Shown here: positions 55,851-64,000 of the stretch, in pieces
Position numbering within the stretch: position 1 is the stretch's first letter
Layout: each line of letters begins with the position of its first letter
Source of the DNA: an uncultured bacterium
GTDB taxonomy: Bacteria; Pseudomonadota; Gammaproteobacteria; Burkholderiales; SG8-39
Length of the DNA stretch: 64,000 nt
Assembly: GCA_965233165.1 (NCBI GenBank)
Contig: CBDDRX010000009.1
Location: 20,209 to 84,208 of the forward strand
Reading direction: 5' to 3'
The notes under the pieces: model-generated
What the model saw: the letters and a program-made list of their open reading frames with translations, nothing else
The model's database searches: none
What the model was told of the DNA's origin: nothing
Made by a program: the position numbers and the translations under genes

Positions 55851-56609
55851 CTACCAATCGACGTCCTCCCGTCGGGACTCGCGCAGCACATCTCGGTACC
55901 ACTGGCGAACTTTGTCGGAGCGTCCCTGCACGCAACGTTCCACGCGTTCCCTTGGCGACATGACGTCGTCCTGCCAGTACTCTGGGTGCGTTAGTACTTG
56001 GAGGCGCGCGTCGGCACTAGAGCGCAGCACATCCTCAAGTCGGCGATACCGCCAGTATCCGTTGGAATCCGAGCAATAGCCCACCTCGTTCCGGAAATAC
56101 GCGGAGTAGGTGTTTGTCAAGCCCGCGTACTCCTCCGCTCGAAAGCGATCACTGAGGGCATCAGGAATGTGAAAAGAGAATGCGTCAACGGGCCTTTCCA
56201 GGATGCGCTCGAGTATCGCTTTCTCAAAATCCAGTGCCTTGGCGAGCGCGTCCTCGTTCGTAACGGACCAGAACTGGTGATCGAAGTGGACTCCGACACG
56301 ATGCCCAAGCGCGACGATGCGCCGCGCGAGCTCAACGCACTCTCGCTCCAGAAAATTGTAGAACTCGCTGTGCAGTAGGAAGAAGTAAGTCGCAATCACT
56401 CCTTGGCGCGCCTCGATTTCCGCAAGCTTCACTGCGGCGTGGATGGAGAAATCCAGATCGTGACGCCACAGCACAGAGCCCTGCGCACGATCATGATCCC
56501 GATATGTGCGAAAGTTGTATCGAGCCAAGGCAAGCTCGAGCAAACGGGCATAGTTGTCGCGGGTGAAGTCCGCAAAGTGGTACCTCGTCGAGTTGGCGGT
56601 CTTGCGCAT
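55851..56609 (-). CDS. Hypothetical protein, possibly polysaccharide-deacetylase-like (weak assignment)
   Basis: 252 aa. VLWRHDLDFSIHAAVKLAEIEARQGVIATYFFLLHS, GHRVGVHFD and LTHPEYW are reminiscent of divergent CE4-type deacetylases. I have no confident family match from memory. Confidence 0.35.
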   Translation of the reverse strand: MRKTANSTRYHFADFTRDNYARLLELALARYNFRTYRDHDRAQGSVLWRHDLDFSIHAAVKLAEIEARQGVIATYFFLLHSEFYNFLERECVELARRIVALGHRVGVHFDHQFWSVTNEDALAKALDFEKAILERILERPVDAFSFHIPDALSDRFRAEEYAGLTNTYSAYFRNEVGYCSDSNGYWRYRRLEDVLRSSADARLQVLTHPEYWQDDVMSPRERVERCVQGRSDKVRQWYRDVLRESRREDVDW

Positions 56610-56613
56610 GTCT

Positions 56614-57414
56614 TCAACGTTGCGGGCGTACCTTGTAGAACAGATTGCGGCGCCAGGGATCGATCTTCCTTACTTCCCGCTGGGCGATCATCATGCCAAC
56701 CTCCTGCAAGTATCTTTCGAAGTCCTGGGTGCTAAATCGCTTGAAATGAAATCGATCTTCCGCCCCTTCGGGAATCTTTAGGCTCTCATACCAAGAATGG
56801 GTCTTCGCTGGCTTAGGGACGCCCTTGTCTTTCTCACCTAGCCAAATGCAGATTTCTCCGTCTGCGAGTAGAACCCGAGCGGCTTCGCGCAGCGCCGGTC
56901 TCGGATCGATAAAGTGGTCGAGCGACGTCACGAAGAGGACTTGATGGAAAATTTCATCTCGAAACGGTAGGAACTCTCCCAGCGCCCGCACGAATGCGAA
57001 GCACCGCGGTTGCGAACCTACAAGCGGATCAACGCCGACGAAGAACGCCTCTTTCGCCTCGGAATGCTCTATATGCGTGGGGCATTTTTGTGGTCCGACT
57101 CCGACGTCTAGGACCCTGCCGCGGAAACCGCAGAACTGGGCGAACTCGAGGAAATCTTGGCGCTTGCCAACACCCAAGTTGTGCTCGGGGTCGGCTTCGT
57201 AGGAAACAACGCCGTTTGCCTGGAGTTGTTCCCACGTTTTCCACTCGTTGCGCTGGAACTCCGGATGCGCCTCGGGCATAAAATCCCAGAAGCCGTCCCG
57301 GTGTCGATACCGTTCTCCGCGCGGGGACACTAGGTCCTCACCAACGAGACGTAGCGGAGCTTTTGTGACTGGACAGGCCAACCAGTCGAGCGGAATCTCT
57401 ACTTCTCTATTCAC
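56614..57414 (-). CDS. SAM-dependent methyltransferase with an N-terminal Trm112-like segment
   Basis: 266 aa. DWLACPVTKAPLRLVGEDLVSPRGERYRHRDGFWDF, then VLDVGVGPQKC and LADGEICIW. Confidence 0.65.
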   Translation of the reverse strand: MNREVEIPLDWLACPVTKAPLRLVGEDLVSPRGERYRHRDGFWDFMPEAHPEFQRNEWKTWEQLQANGVVSYEADPEHNLGVGKRQDFLEFAQFCGFRGRVLDVGVGPQKCPTHIEHSEAKEAFFVGVDPLVGSQPRCFAFVRALGEFLPFRDEIFHQVLFVTSLDHFIDPRPALREAARVLLADGEICIWLGEKDKGVPKPAKTHSWYESLKIPEGAEDRFHFKRFSTQDFERYLQEVGMMIAQREVRKIDPWRRNLFYKVRPQR

Positions 57415-58286
57415 GTTTGCTCCCCGGATGCATCTATCGTGCGAATTAACCCCTGCTTGAGCGGCACCAAGGGGCCAACGGGCACCAAACGCGCCAGCTT
57501 CATCACGTTCCCGATTAGGCTGATCGGCTGCTCGTCAGTGGTGCGGATACGGGCTTTCCGGCCCAGCAGGGACTCGATGGTTTCGACGACCTCCGCCAGC
57601 GTGACCACCTGGTCGCCGCCAATGTTCACGACCTCGTACGAGGTAGGCTGCGGGGCTTCGCTTAGAGCGGCCAGAATTCGCGCGCAGTCATCGATGTAGA
57701 GAGGATTGACCTTCAGGCCAATCCCGCGCGCCAGCGTGATCTCATCGCCCTGCCTGACGCGCTTGATCATCTGGGGAAACAATGTGCCTTGCTGCCCAGG
57801 CCCATAGACTCCAAACAATCTCGTCACCAGAACCTCGAACAGGCTTGAGAACGGGCGTAGGAGAACCTCGGCCGCAAGCTTGGACGCGGCATACATGGTG
57901 TGCGCCTGGGTCGGCTGCGCCTCGTCCGCCGGGGTCCGTGTGTCGCCATAAACGTTGCCGGTTGAAGCGAAAATCATTCTCTGGACTCCGGCGCGTGACG
58001 CCCATTCGGCGAGCTCCATCGTGGCGTCCACGTTAACCGCACGGACGTCCTCTACGCCTAACGGAAAGTCGCGATATCGGCTCGACTGGGCAAGGTGGAA
58101 GACGACATCGGCTTTGGCCGGCAACCGGCGAGTCCACCCTCGTTCTCCTAGGTCCGCCTGGATGGCAATTCCGTGCGCAGGCTGTCGCCGTCCGACACTG
58201 ACAATTTCGACGTTCCCACCCGCTGCCAACACCGCTGTTAGATAGCCGCCAATGAATCCGGTCGCGCCAGTGACGAGTGCCCGCAT
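57411..58286 (-). CDS. NAD-dependent epimerase/dehydratase/reductase (SDR)
   Basis: 291 aa. MRALVTGATGFIGGYL and YAASKLAAE. Confidence 0.75.
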   Translation of the reverse strand: MRALVTGATGFIGGYLTAVLAAGGNVEIVSVGRRQPAHGIAIQADLGERGWTRRLPAKADVVFHLAQSSRYRDFPLGVEDVRAVNVDATMELAEWASRAGVQRMIFASTGNVYGDTRTPADEAQPTQAHTMYAASKLAAEVLLRPFSSLFEVLVTRLFGVYGPGQQGTLFPQMIKRVRQGDEITLARGIGLKVNPLYIDDCARILAALSEAPQPTSYEVVNIGGDQVVTLAEVVETIESLLGRKARIRTTDEQPISLIGNVMKLARLVPVGPLVPLKQGLIRTIDASGEQT

Positions 58287-58301
58287 CTCAGAATCGGTCG
58301 C

Positions 58302-59297
58302 TCACTTTGAGGCCGCCTTGCGGCGCGCATCCACTTCGGCCATATGGGCCCGTCGCCAGGCGATCAGCTCCTGCAGCCCCTGTTCGAGCGGCAGTCCGGC
58401 CTCGAAACCGATCTCCTTCTCAGCGCGGACCGGCGAGCCGATTCGGTTGCGGACCAGCGTCGCCTGGCTGCGAGGCGCGTACTGGATCGGCTTCTTGCAG
58501 TTCGTGAGGCGCACTAGCATCTCGGCCAATTCCTTGAGCGAGGTGCGCGTCCCGGTTCCAACGTTGTAGAAGCGATCGATGGTGTCCGCCTTCATTGCAC
58601 AGACGTTCGCGCGGCCGCAATCGCGGACGCTGACGAAGTCGAATGCCTCGGTACCATCGCCGAGGATCGTCGGCCCCTCCCCGCGATCGATTGCGTCGAG
58701 CATCTTCATGATTACCGCGATGTAGGCGCCACGGTAGTCCTGGCGCGGCCCATAGACGTTCATGTATCGGAGGCCGACGTAGTTCAGCCCATAGCGGTAG
58801 TGGTACGCACGCGCCATCGCCTCGCCGCAGATCTTGGTCGCGCCGTAGAAGTTCTTGTTGTTAAAGGGGTGTTCCTCGCTCATCGGCTCCTCGACCGCAT
58901 CGCCATACACCGAGGCGGACGAGGACCAGACGAGGCGCTGCACCTTGTTGGCGACGCAAGCCTCCAGGACGTTGAATGTGCCGCGCACATTCACGTCGAA
59001 GGCCGAGCGGGGATACTCGTGGCACTGCAGGAGCCACAGCGCGGCGAGATGGAAGACGCCGTCCATGCCTTTCACCGCCGAGTCGAGGATGTCGGTCTGG
59101 CAGATGTCGCCGCCGACCTCGTAGATGCGCACGCGCGGATCGCGCAGCGCCGAGGCGAGGTTCTCGTGCGTCCCGCGCAGGAAATTGTCATAAATGCGGA
59201 TCTCCGCCACATCTTCCTTCACGAGCTCGTCGACGACGTGCGAGCCGATCAGGCCCGCGCCGCCGATCACCAAGAGCTTCTTTCCTTGGATATCCAT
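58302..59297 (-). CDS. NAD-dependent epimerase/dehydratase (extended SDR)
   Basis: The track start 59309 is TTG. ATG 59297 (MDIQGKKLLVIGGAGLIGSHV) is preceded by GAGGAAACAG. YGATKICGE. Confidence 0.8.
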   Translation of the reverse strand: MDIQGKKLLVIGGAGLIGSHVVDELVKEDVAEIRIYDNFLRGTHENLASALRDPRVRIYEVGGDICQTDILDSAVKGMDGVFHLAALWLLQCHEYPRSAFDVNVRGTFNVLEACVANKVQRLVWSSSASVYGDAVEEPMSEEHPFNNKNFYGATKICGEAMARAYHYRYGLNYVGLRYMNVYGPRQDYRGAYIAVIMKMLDAIDRGEGPTILGDGTEAFDFVSVRDCGRANVCAMKADTIDRFYNVGTGTRTSLKELAEMLVRLTNCKKPIQYAPRSQATLVRNRIGSPVRAEKEIGFEAGLPLEQGLQELIAWRRAHMAEVDARRKAASK

Positions 59298-59305
59298 CTG
59301 TTTCC

Positions 59306-60403
59306 TCAAGCAGCCGCGCGCAGCGCGCGGTCAAGGGTTTGCACGACGGTGCGCTGATCCGCTTCTGACAAGTCGGCGCTCATCGGAAGGCTCAGGACCT
59401 CCCGCGCCAGCTTTTCGGAGATGGGATAGGACAGGCCACGGTATCCGTCGGCGTAGGCCGGCTGCTGATGCAAAGAAAGCGGATAGTGGACTGCGCTCGG
59501 CACGCCGGCCTTCTTGAGCTCGCCCTGGACACGCTCGCGATCGGCCACGCGGACGGTGAACTGTGCGTAGACGCTGGTGCGGTCCGCCTTGACCTGAATC
59601 CGCTTCACACCAGCGCCGAGCTGTGCCTCATACGCTAGGCCGATCTCGATGCGCTGCTTGATCTCCCACTCGAACCGCTGCAGCTTGGCGAGGACGACGG
59701 CGCACTGCAGGGTGTCCATCCGGCCGCCGACGCCGATGCGCGTGTGATTGTAGCGACCGCTCTGGCCGTGGACCCGGATCTCGCGCATGGCCTTCGCCAA
59801 GGCGTCGTCGCTGGTGAAGATCGCGCCGCCGTCGCCATAGCAGCCGAGGGGCTTGGAGGGGAAGAAACTGGTGCAGCCGATCGTCGAGAGATTGCAGCTT
59901 TTCCGGCCCTTGTAGTGGGCGCCAAAGCTCTGCGCGGCGTCCTCAATCACGGGGATACCGCGTTGCTTTGCAATCGCGTTGATCTCATCCATGTCCGCGG
60001 GCTGGCCGTAGAGGGACACCGGCATGATCGCCTTCGTGCGGGGTGTGATCGCCGTGGCGAGCTTCATCGCATCGAGATTTGCAGTGCCCTCCTCGACGTC
60101 CACGAACACCGGCATCGCGCCGAGCAGAGCGATGGTTTCGACGGTGGCGGCGAAGGTAAACGGCGTCGTGACGACCTCGTCCCCCGCCTTGATGCCGAGC
60201 GCCATCATCGCGATGAGGAGCGCCTCGGTGCCCGAGGCGACGGTGATGCAGTGCTTCGCGCCGGTGTAGGCCTCGAGCTTTTCCTCCAGCTCGCGCACTT
60301 CCGGGCCCATGATGTACTGGCCGTGGTCGAGGACGCGCTGGATGCGCGCGTCGACGTCGGCCTTGATGGCGCGGTACTGCGCCTTCAGATCAGTGAACTC
60401 CAT
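59306..60403 (-). CDS. wbpE: DegT/DnrJ/EryC1-family aminotransferase, WbpE-type (UDP-2-acetamido-2-deoxy-3-oxo-glucuronate aminotransferase)
   Basis: Start at ATG 60403 (MEFTDLKAQYRAIKADVDARIQRVLDHGQYIMGPEV...). PLP-lysine region SFFPSKPLGCYGDGGA. Synteny with wbpA/B/D. Confidence 0.85.
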   Translation of the reverse strand: MEFTDLKAQYRAIKADVDARIQRVLDHGQYIMGPEVRELEEKLEAYTGAKHCITVASGTEALLIAMMALGIKAGDEVVTTPFTFAATVETIALLGAMPVFVDVEEGTANLDAMKLATAITPRTKAIMPVSLYGQPADMDEINAIAKQRGIPVIEDAAQSFGAHYKGRKSCNLSTIGCTSFFPSKPLGCYGDGGAIFTSDDALAKAMREIRVHGQSGRYNHTRIGVGGRMDTLQCAVVLAKLQRFEWEIKQRIEIGLAYEAQLGAGVKRIQVKADRTSVYAQFTVRVADRERVQGELKKAGVPSAVHYPLSLHQQPAYADGYRGLSYPISEKLAREVLSLPMSADLSEADQRTVVQTLDRALRAAA

Positions 60404-60746
60404 GCTTGGCCTCCGCGCCAACTTCGCGCTTCAGTTCTTCGATCTCCTGCTGGATGTCCTCGTACTCCTTCATCTTCCGTTTCAGGAAAGCCGCGGTCGC
60501 TCGCACTTTCGCGTCCGCTCCCTTCGGAGTCAGGTAGTACGCGTAGGCCAGCTTGTTCTGGCTGTCGCGGAAGTTGCGAACCTTAACGAGCCCCCGATCG
60601 AGGAGCGCGCGCAGGGAGTAATTCACCTTGCCGACGCTGACGCCAAGCTCTTCCGCCAGCTGGCGCTGGCTGATCTCTGGGTTGGCCTGGAGGAGCCGGA
60701 GGAGCCGGAAGCGGGTTTCTTCGTCGAGCACCGGGGGTGCGTTCAA
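60390..60746 (-). CDS. MarR-family, EPS-associated winged-helix transcriptional regulator
   Basis: 118 aa. RFRLLRLLQANPEISQRQLAEELGVSVGKVNYSLRALLDRGLVKVRNFRDSQNKLAYAYYLTPKG plus a coiled C-terminus. Its 3' end overlaps the wbpE start by 14 nt. Confidence 0.7.
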   Translation of the reverse strand: MNAPPVLDEETRFRLLRLLQANPEISQRQLAEELGVSVGKVNYSLRALLDRGLVKVRNFRDSQNKLAYAYYLTPKGADAKVRATAAFLKRKMKEYEDIQQEIEELKREVGAEAKHGVH

Positions 60747-60772
60747 TTGTTGAACGCGCGATTAGACCCCCG

Positions 60773-61357
60773 TTAATCCGCCCCGTCAAGTTTGAGGGTC
60801 CCGCCTGAAAGGCGGTACCGCTCGCCGGTATGGCCGCAGACCGCGGTGCCGTCGCCCTCCACGGGCAGGTCGAGCTGCTCGCCGAAGCGGCTCATCCAGC
60901 CCTTCTGGCGCGCGGGCACGCCGAGCATGAGAGCGAAGGCCGGGACGTCTCGGTTTACTACGGCGCCGGCGCCGATGAAGGCGTGCTCGCCGATGGTTAC
61001 GCCACACACGATCGTGCAGTTGGCGCCCAAGGTAGCGCCTCGCTTCACGAGCGTCTTCCTGTACTCGTCCTTGCGTGAGATTGCCGAGCGGGGGTTGTAG
61101 ACGTTGGTGAAGACCATGCTCGGGCCGCAGAAGACGTCGTCCTCCAGCGTCACCTCGTCGTAGACCGAGACGTTGTTCTGGATGCGGACGTTGTTGCCGA
61201 TGACGACGCGGTTGCCTACGAAGACGTTCTGGCCAAGTGCACATCCGCTGCCGATTCGCGCGCCGGCGCACACGTGCACAAAATGCCAGACGCGGGTGCC
61301 ATCGCCGATCCGCGCACCTTCATCAACGATCGCAGAGGGATGGATCGTCGCGACCAT
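60773..61357 (-). CDS. wbpD: Hexapeptide-repeat N-acetyltransferase, WbpD-type (UDP-GlcNAc3NA 3-N-acetyltransferase)
   Basis: 194 aa. [29 protein letters not shown]... left-handed beta-helix repeats. Synteny with wbpB and wbpE. Confidence 0.85.
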   Translation of the reverse strand: MVATIHPSAIVDEGARIGDGTRVWHFVHVCAGARIGSGCALGQNVFVGNRVVIGNNVRIQNNVSVYDEVTLEDDVFCGPSMVFTNVYNPRSAISRKDEYRKTLVKRGATLGANCTIVCGVTIGEHAFIGAGAVVNRDVPAFALMLGVPARQKGWMSRFGEQLDLPVEGDGTAVCGHTGERYRLSGGTLKLDGAD

Positions 61358-62415
61358 CAGTAGTCGAGGGGCAGGTTCACCCGGCTGCCGTCGCGCGCCG
61401 AGAGGTAGGTGGCGATCAGGAGCTCGAGCGACTTGAGGCCTTCGCGGCCGTCGGTCTCCGGCTCGGCTTCGCCGCGCAGGGTCTTGATGACGTTCTCATA
61501 GTAGAGCGGGTGGCCGAAGCCGTAGACCGAGGTGGTCTGGTAGCTCGCTTCCTTCACCTTGTCGTCTTCGGGGCGCTTGTCCGCGAATTCCCAGTGCTGG
61601 ATCTCGTTGACGGCCACGCCACCGATCCGCACGGTGCCCTTCTCGCCGAAGATCGTGATCGAGCCCTCGAAGTTCTTCGGGTACGCGAGCATGGTCACGT
61701 TCATCGTGCCCAGGGCGCCGGAGCGCCAGCGCACGGCCATGACCCCGGTGTCCTCGACCTCGATGTCGCGCGCGAGCGTCGCGGTGTAGGCCTGGAGGCT
61801 CTCCACCGGGCCGATCAGCCAGTCGAGCAGGTCCACGTAGTGGCTCGCCTGGTTCATGAAGGCGCCGCCGTCGAACTCCCAGGTGCCGCGCCACTCGGCG
61901 CTGTCGTAATAGGACTGGGGCCGGTTCCAGAACACGTTGACCGTCACCATGTACATGCGGCCGAAGCGGCCCTGCTCGACGGCGCTCTTGAGAAGCTGCA
62001 GCGTGGCATTGCGGCGGTTCTGCTTGACCACGAAGAGACGCACGTGCGCGGCGTCGCAAGCCGCCACCATGCGCTTGCCGTCCTCCCAGCGGGTGGCCAT
62101 CGGCTTCTCGGTGATTACGTGCTTCCCGGCCTTCGCGGCGGCGATCGCCTGCTCGGCGTGCAGGCCGCTCGGCGTCGCGACGATCACGACGTCGGCGTCG
62201 GACTTCTCGAGGAGCTCGTCATAGCTTCGGTATCCGGGCGCTCCGCTCGCTTCCTGCGCCGCCTTCAGCGCAGCGGGGTCCACGTCGCAGACGCCGACGA
62301 TCTCGGCATCCTTCGCATGCTTCTTCAGCGCCTCGATGTGGTTCTTTGAGATGCGGCCGCAGCCTGCAACGGCGAAGCGGATCCGGTGGCCGGTGATCGA
62401 GGGGAAGCTTTGCAT
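61357..62415 (-). CDS. wbpB: Gfo/Idh/MocA oxidoreductase, WbpB-type (UDP-GlcNAcA 3-dehydrogenase)
   Basis: 352 aa. [19 protein letters not shown] and [11 protein letters not shown]. Lies between wbpA and wbpD. Confidence 0.85.
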   Translation of the reverse strand: MQSFPSITGHRIRFAVAGCGRISKNHIEALKKHAKDAEIVGVCDVDPAALKAAQEASGAPGYRSYDELLEKSDADVVIVATPSGLHAEQAIAAAKAGKHVITEKPMATRWEDGKRMVAACDAAHVRLFVVKQNRRNATLQLLKSAVEQGRFGRMYMVTVNVFWNRPQSYYDSAEWRGTWEFDGGAFMNQASHYVDLLDWLIGPVESLQAYTATLARDIEVEDTGVMAVRWRSGALGTMNVTMLAYPKNFEGSITIFGEKGTVRIGGVAVNEIQHWEFADKRPEDDKVKEASYQTTSVYGFGHPLYYENVIKTLRGEAEPETDGREGLKSLELLIATYLSARDGSRVNLPLDY

Positions 62416-62416
62416 G

Positions 62417-63736
62417 CTAGGCCTTGATGACGTTCGGCGAGCGCTCGAGGTAGACCCCGCGCGTGTCGACGATGAGCCGGGCGTGCTTCTTCACAAGCTC
62501 GTAGTCGAAGGAATCGTGGTTGGTCGCCAGCAGCACGAGGTCGAAGCCGGCGATGCGCTCCGGCGTCAGGGGCACGCTCTTCAGGTCGAACTTGTGCTCG
62601 CGCATCTTCGGGAACACCGGCACGTGCGGATCCGAGTACTCGACCGCGGCGCCGCGCTTGACCAGGAGCTCCATTAGCTCGACCGCGGGCGACTCCCGCA
62701 TGTCGTCGACGTTCTTCTTGTAGGCGATACCGAGCACCAGGACCTTGCTCCCCTTCAGCGCTCTGCCGCGCTCGTTCAGCGCCTCCATCACCTTGCCGAT
62801 CACCCACTCCGGCATGTTGCGGTTGATCTCGCCGGCGAGCTCGATGAAGCGCGTGTGCAGCCCGTAGGCGCGCGCCTTCCACGTTAGGTAGAACGGGTCG
62901 ATCGGGATGCAATGGCCGCCCAGCCCCGGCCCCGGCCAGTACGCGACGAAGCCGAACGGCTTGGTCGCCGCGGCGCGGATCACCTCGTGCACGTCGATGC
63001 CCATGCGGTCGCAGATGATCTTCATCTCGTTGACTAGGCCGATGTTCACCGCGCGATGGATGTTTTCCAGGAGCTTGGTCATCTCCGCAGCCTGGGTGGA
63101 ACTCACCGGGACAACCTTCTCGATCGCGCCCTGGTACAGCGCCTTGCCGACGTCGAGGCAGTCCGGCGTCGTTCCGCCGCAGACCTTCGGGATCCGTCGT
63201 GTGTCGAAGTCCGGGTTGCCCGGGTCCTCGCGCTCCGGTGAGAAGACGAGAAAGACGTCCTGTCCGACCTTCCAGCCCTGCTTCTCGATGCGCGGCCGGA
63301 GCTCCTCCTCGGTCGTGCCGGGATACGTCGTGCTCTCCAGCGAGACGACCTGTCCGACCCGGAGGTGCGGCACGATAGCTTCCGTCGTGCCGATGACGAA
63401 GCTCAGGTCCGGCTCGCGGAATGCATTGAGCGGCGTCGGCACGCAGATGATCAGCGCGTCCGCCTCCTTCGCACGCGCGAAGTCGGCGGTCGCTTCAAAA
63501 CCCTTCCTGCGGGCCTCGGCGATAGACTCGGCCTTGATGTGCTCGATGTAACTCTTGCCAGCGTTCAGCGCCTCAACTTTCGCACGGTCGATATCGATTC
63601 CGAGGACTCGGAAACCGAACTCTGAGAACCGCAGCATGAGCGGGAGTCCGACGTAACCGAGGCCCAGGATGCCGATAACCGCCTTCTTGGATGCGAGGCG
63701 GTCGAGGAGTTGTTGTTTTGCGGCGACGGGACTCAT
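62417..63736 (-). CDS. wbpA: Nucleotide-sugar 6-dehydrogenase, WbpA-type (UDP-GlcNAc 6-dehydrogenase)
   Basis: Start at ATG 63736 ([11 protein letters not shown]...[18 protein letters not shown]). Catalytic Cys region [11 protein letters not shown]. Confidence 0.82.
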   Translation of the reverse strand: MSPVAAKQQLLDRLASKKAVIGILGLGYVGLPLMLRFSEFGFRVLGIDIDRAKVEALNAGKSYIEHIKAESIAEARRKGFEATADFARAKEADALIICVPTPLNAFREPDLSFVIGTTEAIVPHLRVGQVVSLESTTYPGTTEEELRPRIEKQGWKVGQDVFLVFSPEREDPGNPDFDTRRIPKVCGGTTPDCLDVGKALYQGAIEKVVPVSSTQAAEMTKLLENIHRAVNIGLVNEMKIICDRMGIDVHEVIRAAATKPFGFVAYWPGPGLGGHCIPIDPFYLTWKARAYGLHTRFIELAGEINRNMPEWVIGKVMEALNERGRALKGSKVLVLGIAYKKNVDDMRESPAVELMELLVKRGAAVEYSDPHVPVFPKMREHKFDLKSVPLTPERIAGFDLVLLATNHDSFDYELVKKHARLIVDTRGVYLERSPNVIKA

Positions 63737-63771
63737 GGAGTTCGCTGATAAGGCGCCAAAAAAGGGCGCGA

Positions 63772-64000
63772 TTATGACACGCCGTAGAACTGCCGGTACC
63801 ACTCGACGAAGCGGCGGATCCCTTCCTTCACCGTCGTCTTCGGCGCGAAGCCGATATCGCGTTTGAGGGCTTCGACGTCCGCGAACGTGTCAGCGACGTC
63901 GCCCGGCTGCATGGGCATCAAGTTCTTGAGGGCCTTCTTGCCCAGCGCATCCTCGATCTCCTCGATGTAGCGCATGAGCTCGACGGGCTCGCTATTGCCA
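63772..64000 (-). CDS. C-terminal end of a second UDP-glucuronate-4-epimerase-like SDR (gene continues past the right edge)
   Basis: ...[65 protein letters not shown] aligns with the C-terminus of 21365..22318 (...YIEALERAFGKKAKLKMLPMQPGDVESTYADTKRLRAAVGFAPATPLQAGLERFAQWFKDYYGYR*). Confidence 0.7.
   Translation of the reverse strand, partial: GNSEPVELMRYIEEIEDALGKKALKNLMPMQPGDVADTFADVEALKRDIGFAPKTTVKEGIRRFVEWYRQFYGVS

Noticed and set aside
63745-63765. Small GC stem with a T-rich loop (GCGCC-CTTTTTT-GGCGC on the minus strand) between the edge epimerase gene and wbpA
   Set aside because: It is a 5-bp stem, and the U-run lies in the loop rather than after the stem. It is not convincing as a terminator or attenuator.

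Overview
High-GC (about 62-70% by hand counts) proteobacterial chromosome segment. Gene order suggests a betaproteobacterium, but that is inference only. All calls come from reading the supplied translations plus my own translations. No BLAST or HMM search was possible.

Left third (1-14 kb), housekeeping:
- malate synthase aceB, truncated at the window edge
- glnA-DUF4124-ntrB-ntrC operon with a recognisable sigma54 promoter and NtrC enhancer sites
- two rhodaneses, a sulfatase, uppP, an alpha/beta hydrolase
- thiC behind a TPP riboswitch
- a Pcm-like methyltransferase and tolC

14-21.4 kb, LPS inner-core cluster: waaA, waaC, WaaG-like GT4, two paralogous GT2 genes, an FkbM methyltransferase and a DUF4254 gene.

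21.4-64 kb, one very large surface-glycan (O-antigen-type) locus:
- It is almost entirely on the minus strand, with many stop/start overlaps.
- Export is by Wzm/Wzt ABC transporter. No wzx, wzy or initiating transferase is seen.
- It carries wbpA/B/D/E plus a WecB-family 2-epimerase, i.e. the 2,3-diacetamido-hexuronic acid pathway.
- It also carries six more SDR epimerase/dehydratase genes and about ten glycosyltransferases.
- Further components: four methyltransferase domains, a frameshifted MBOAT with an SGNH-like partner, GNAT, WbqC and an embedded MarR-type regulator.

Most unusual features:
- There are four AsnB-type glutamine amidotransferase paralogues, two of them in duplicated GT+AsnB modules.
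- There is a lower-GC sub-island at 53.4-57.4 kb.

No tRNA/rRNA, CRISPR, IS element or phage gene was recognised. Many long ORFs in the track are GC-driven shadow frames.
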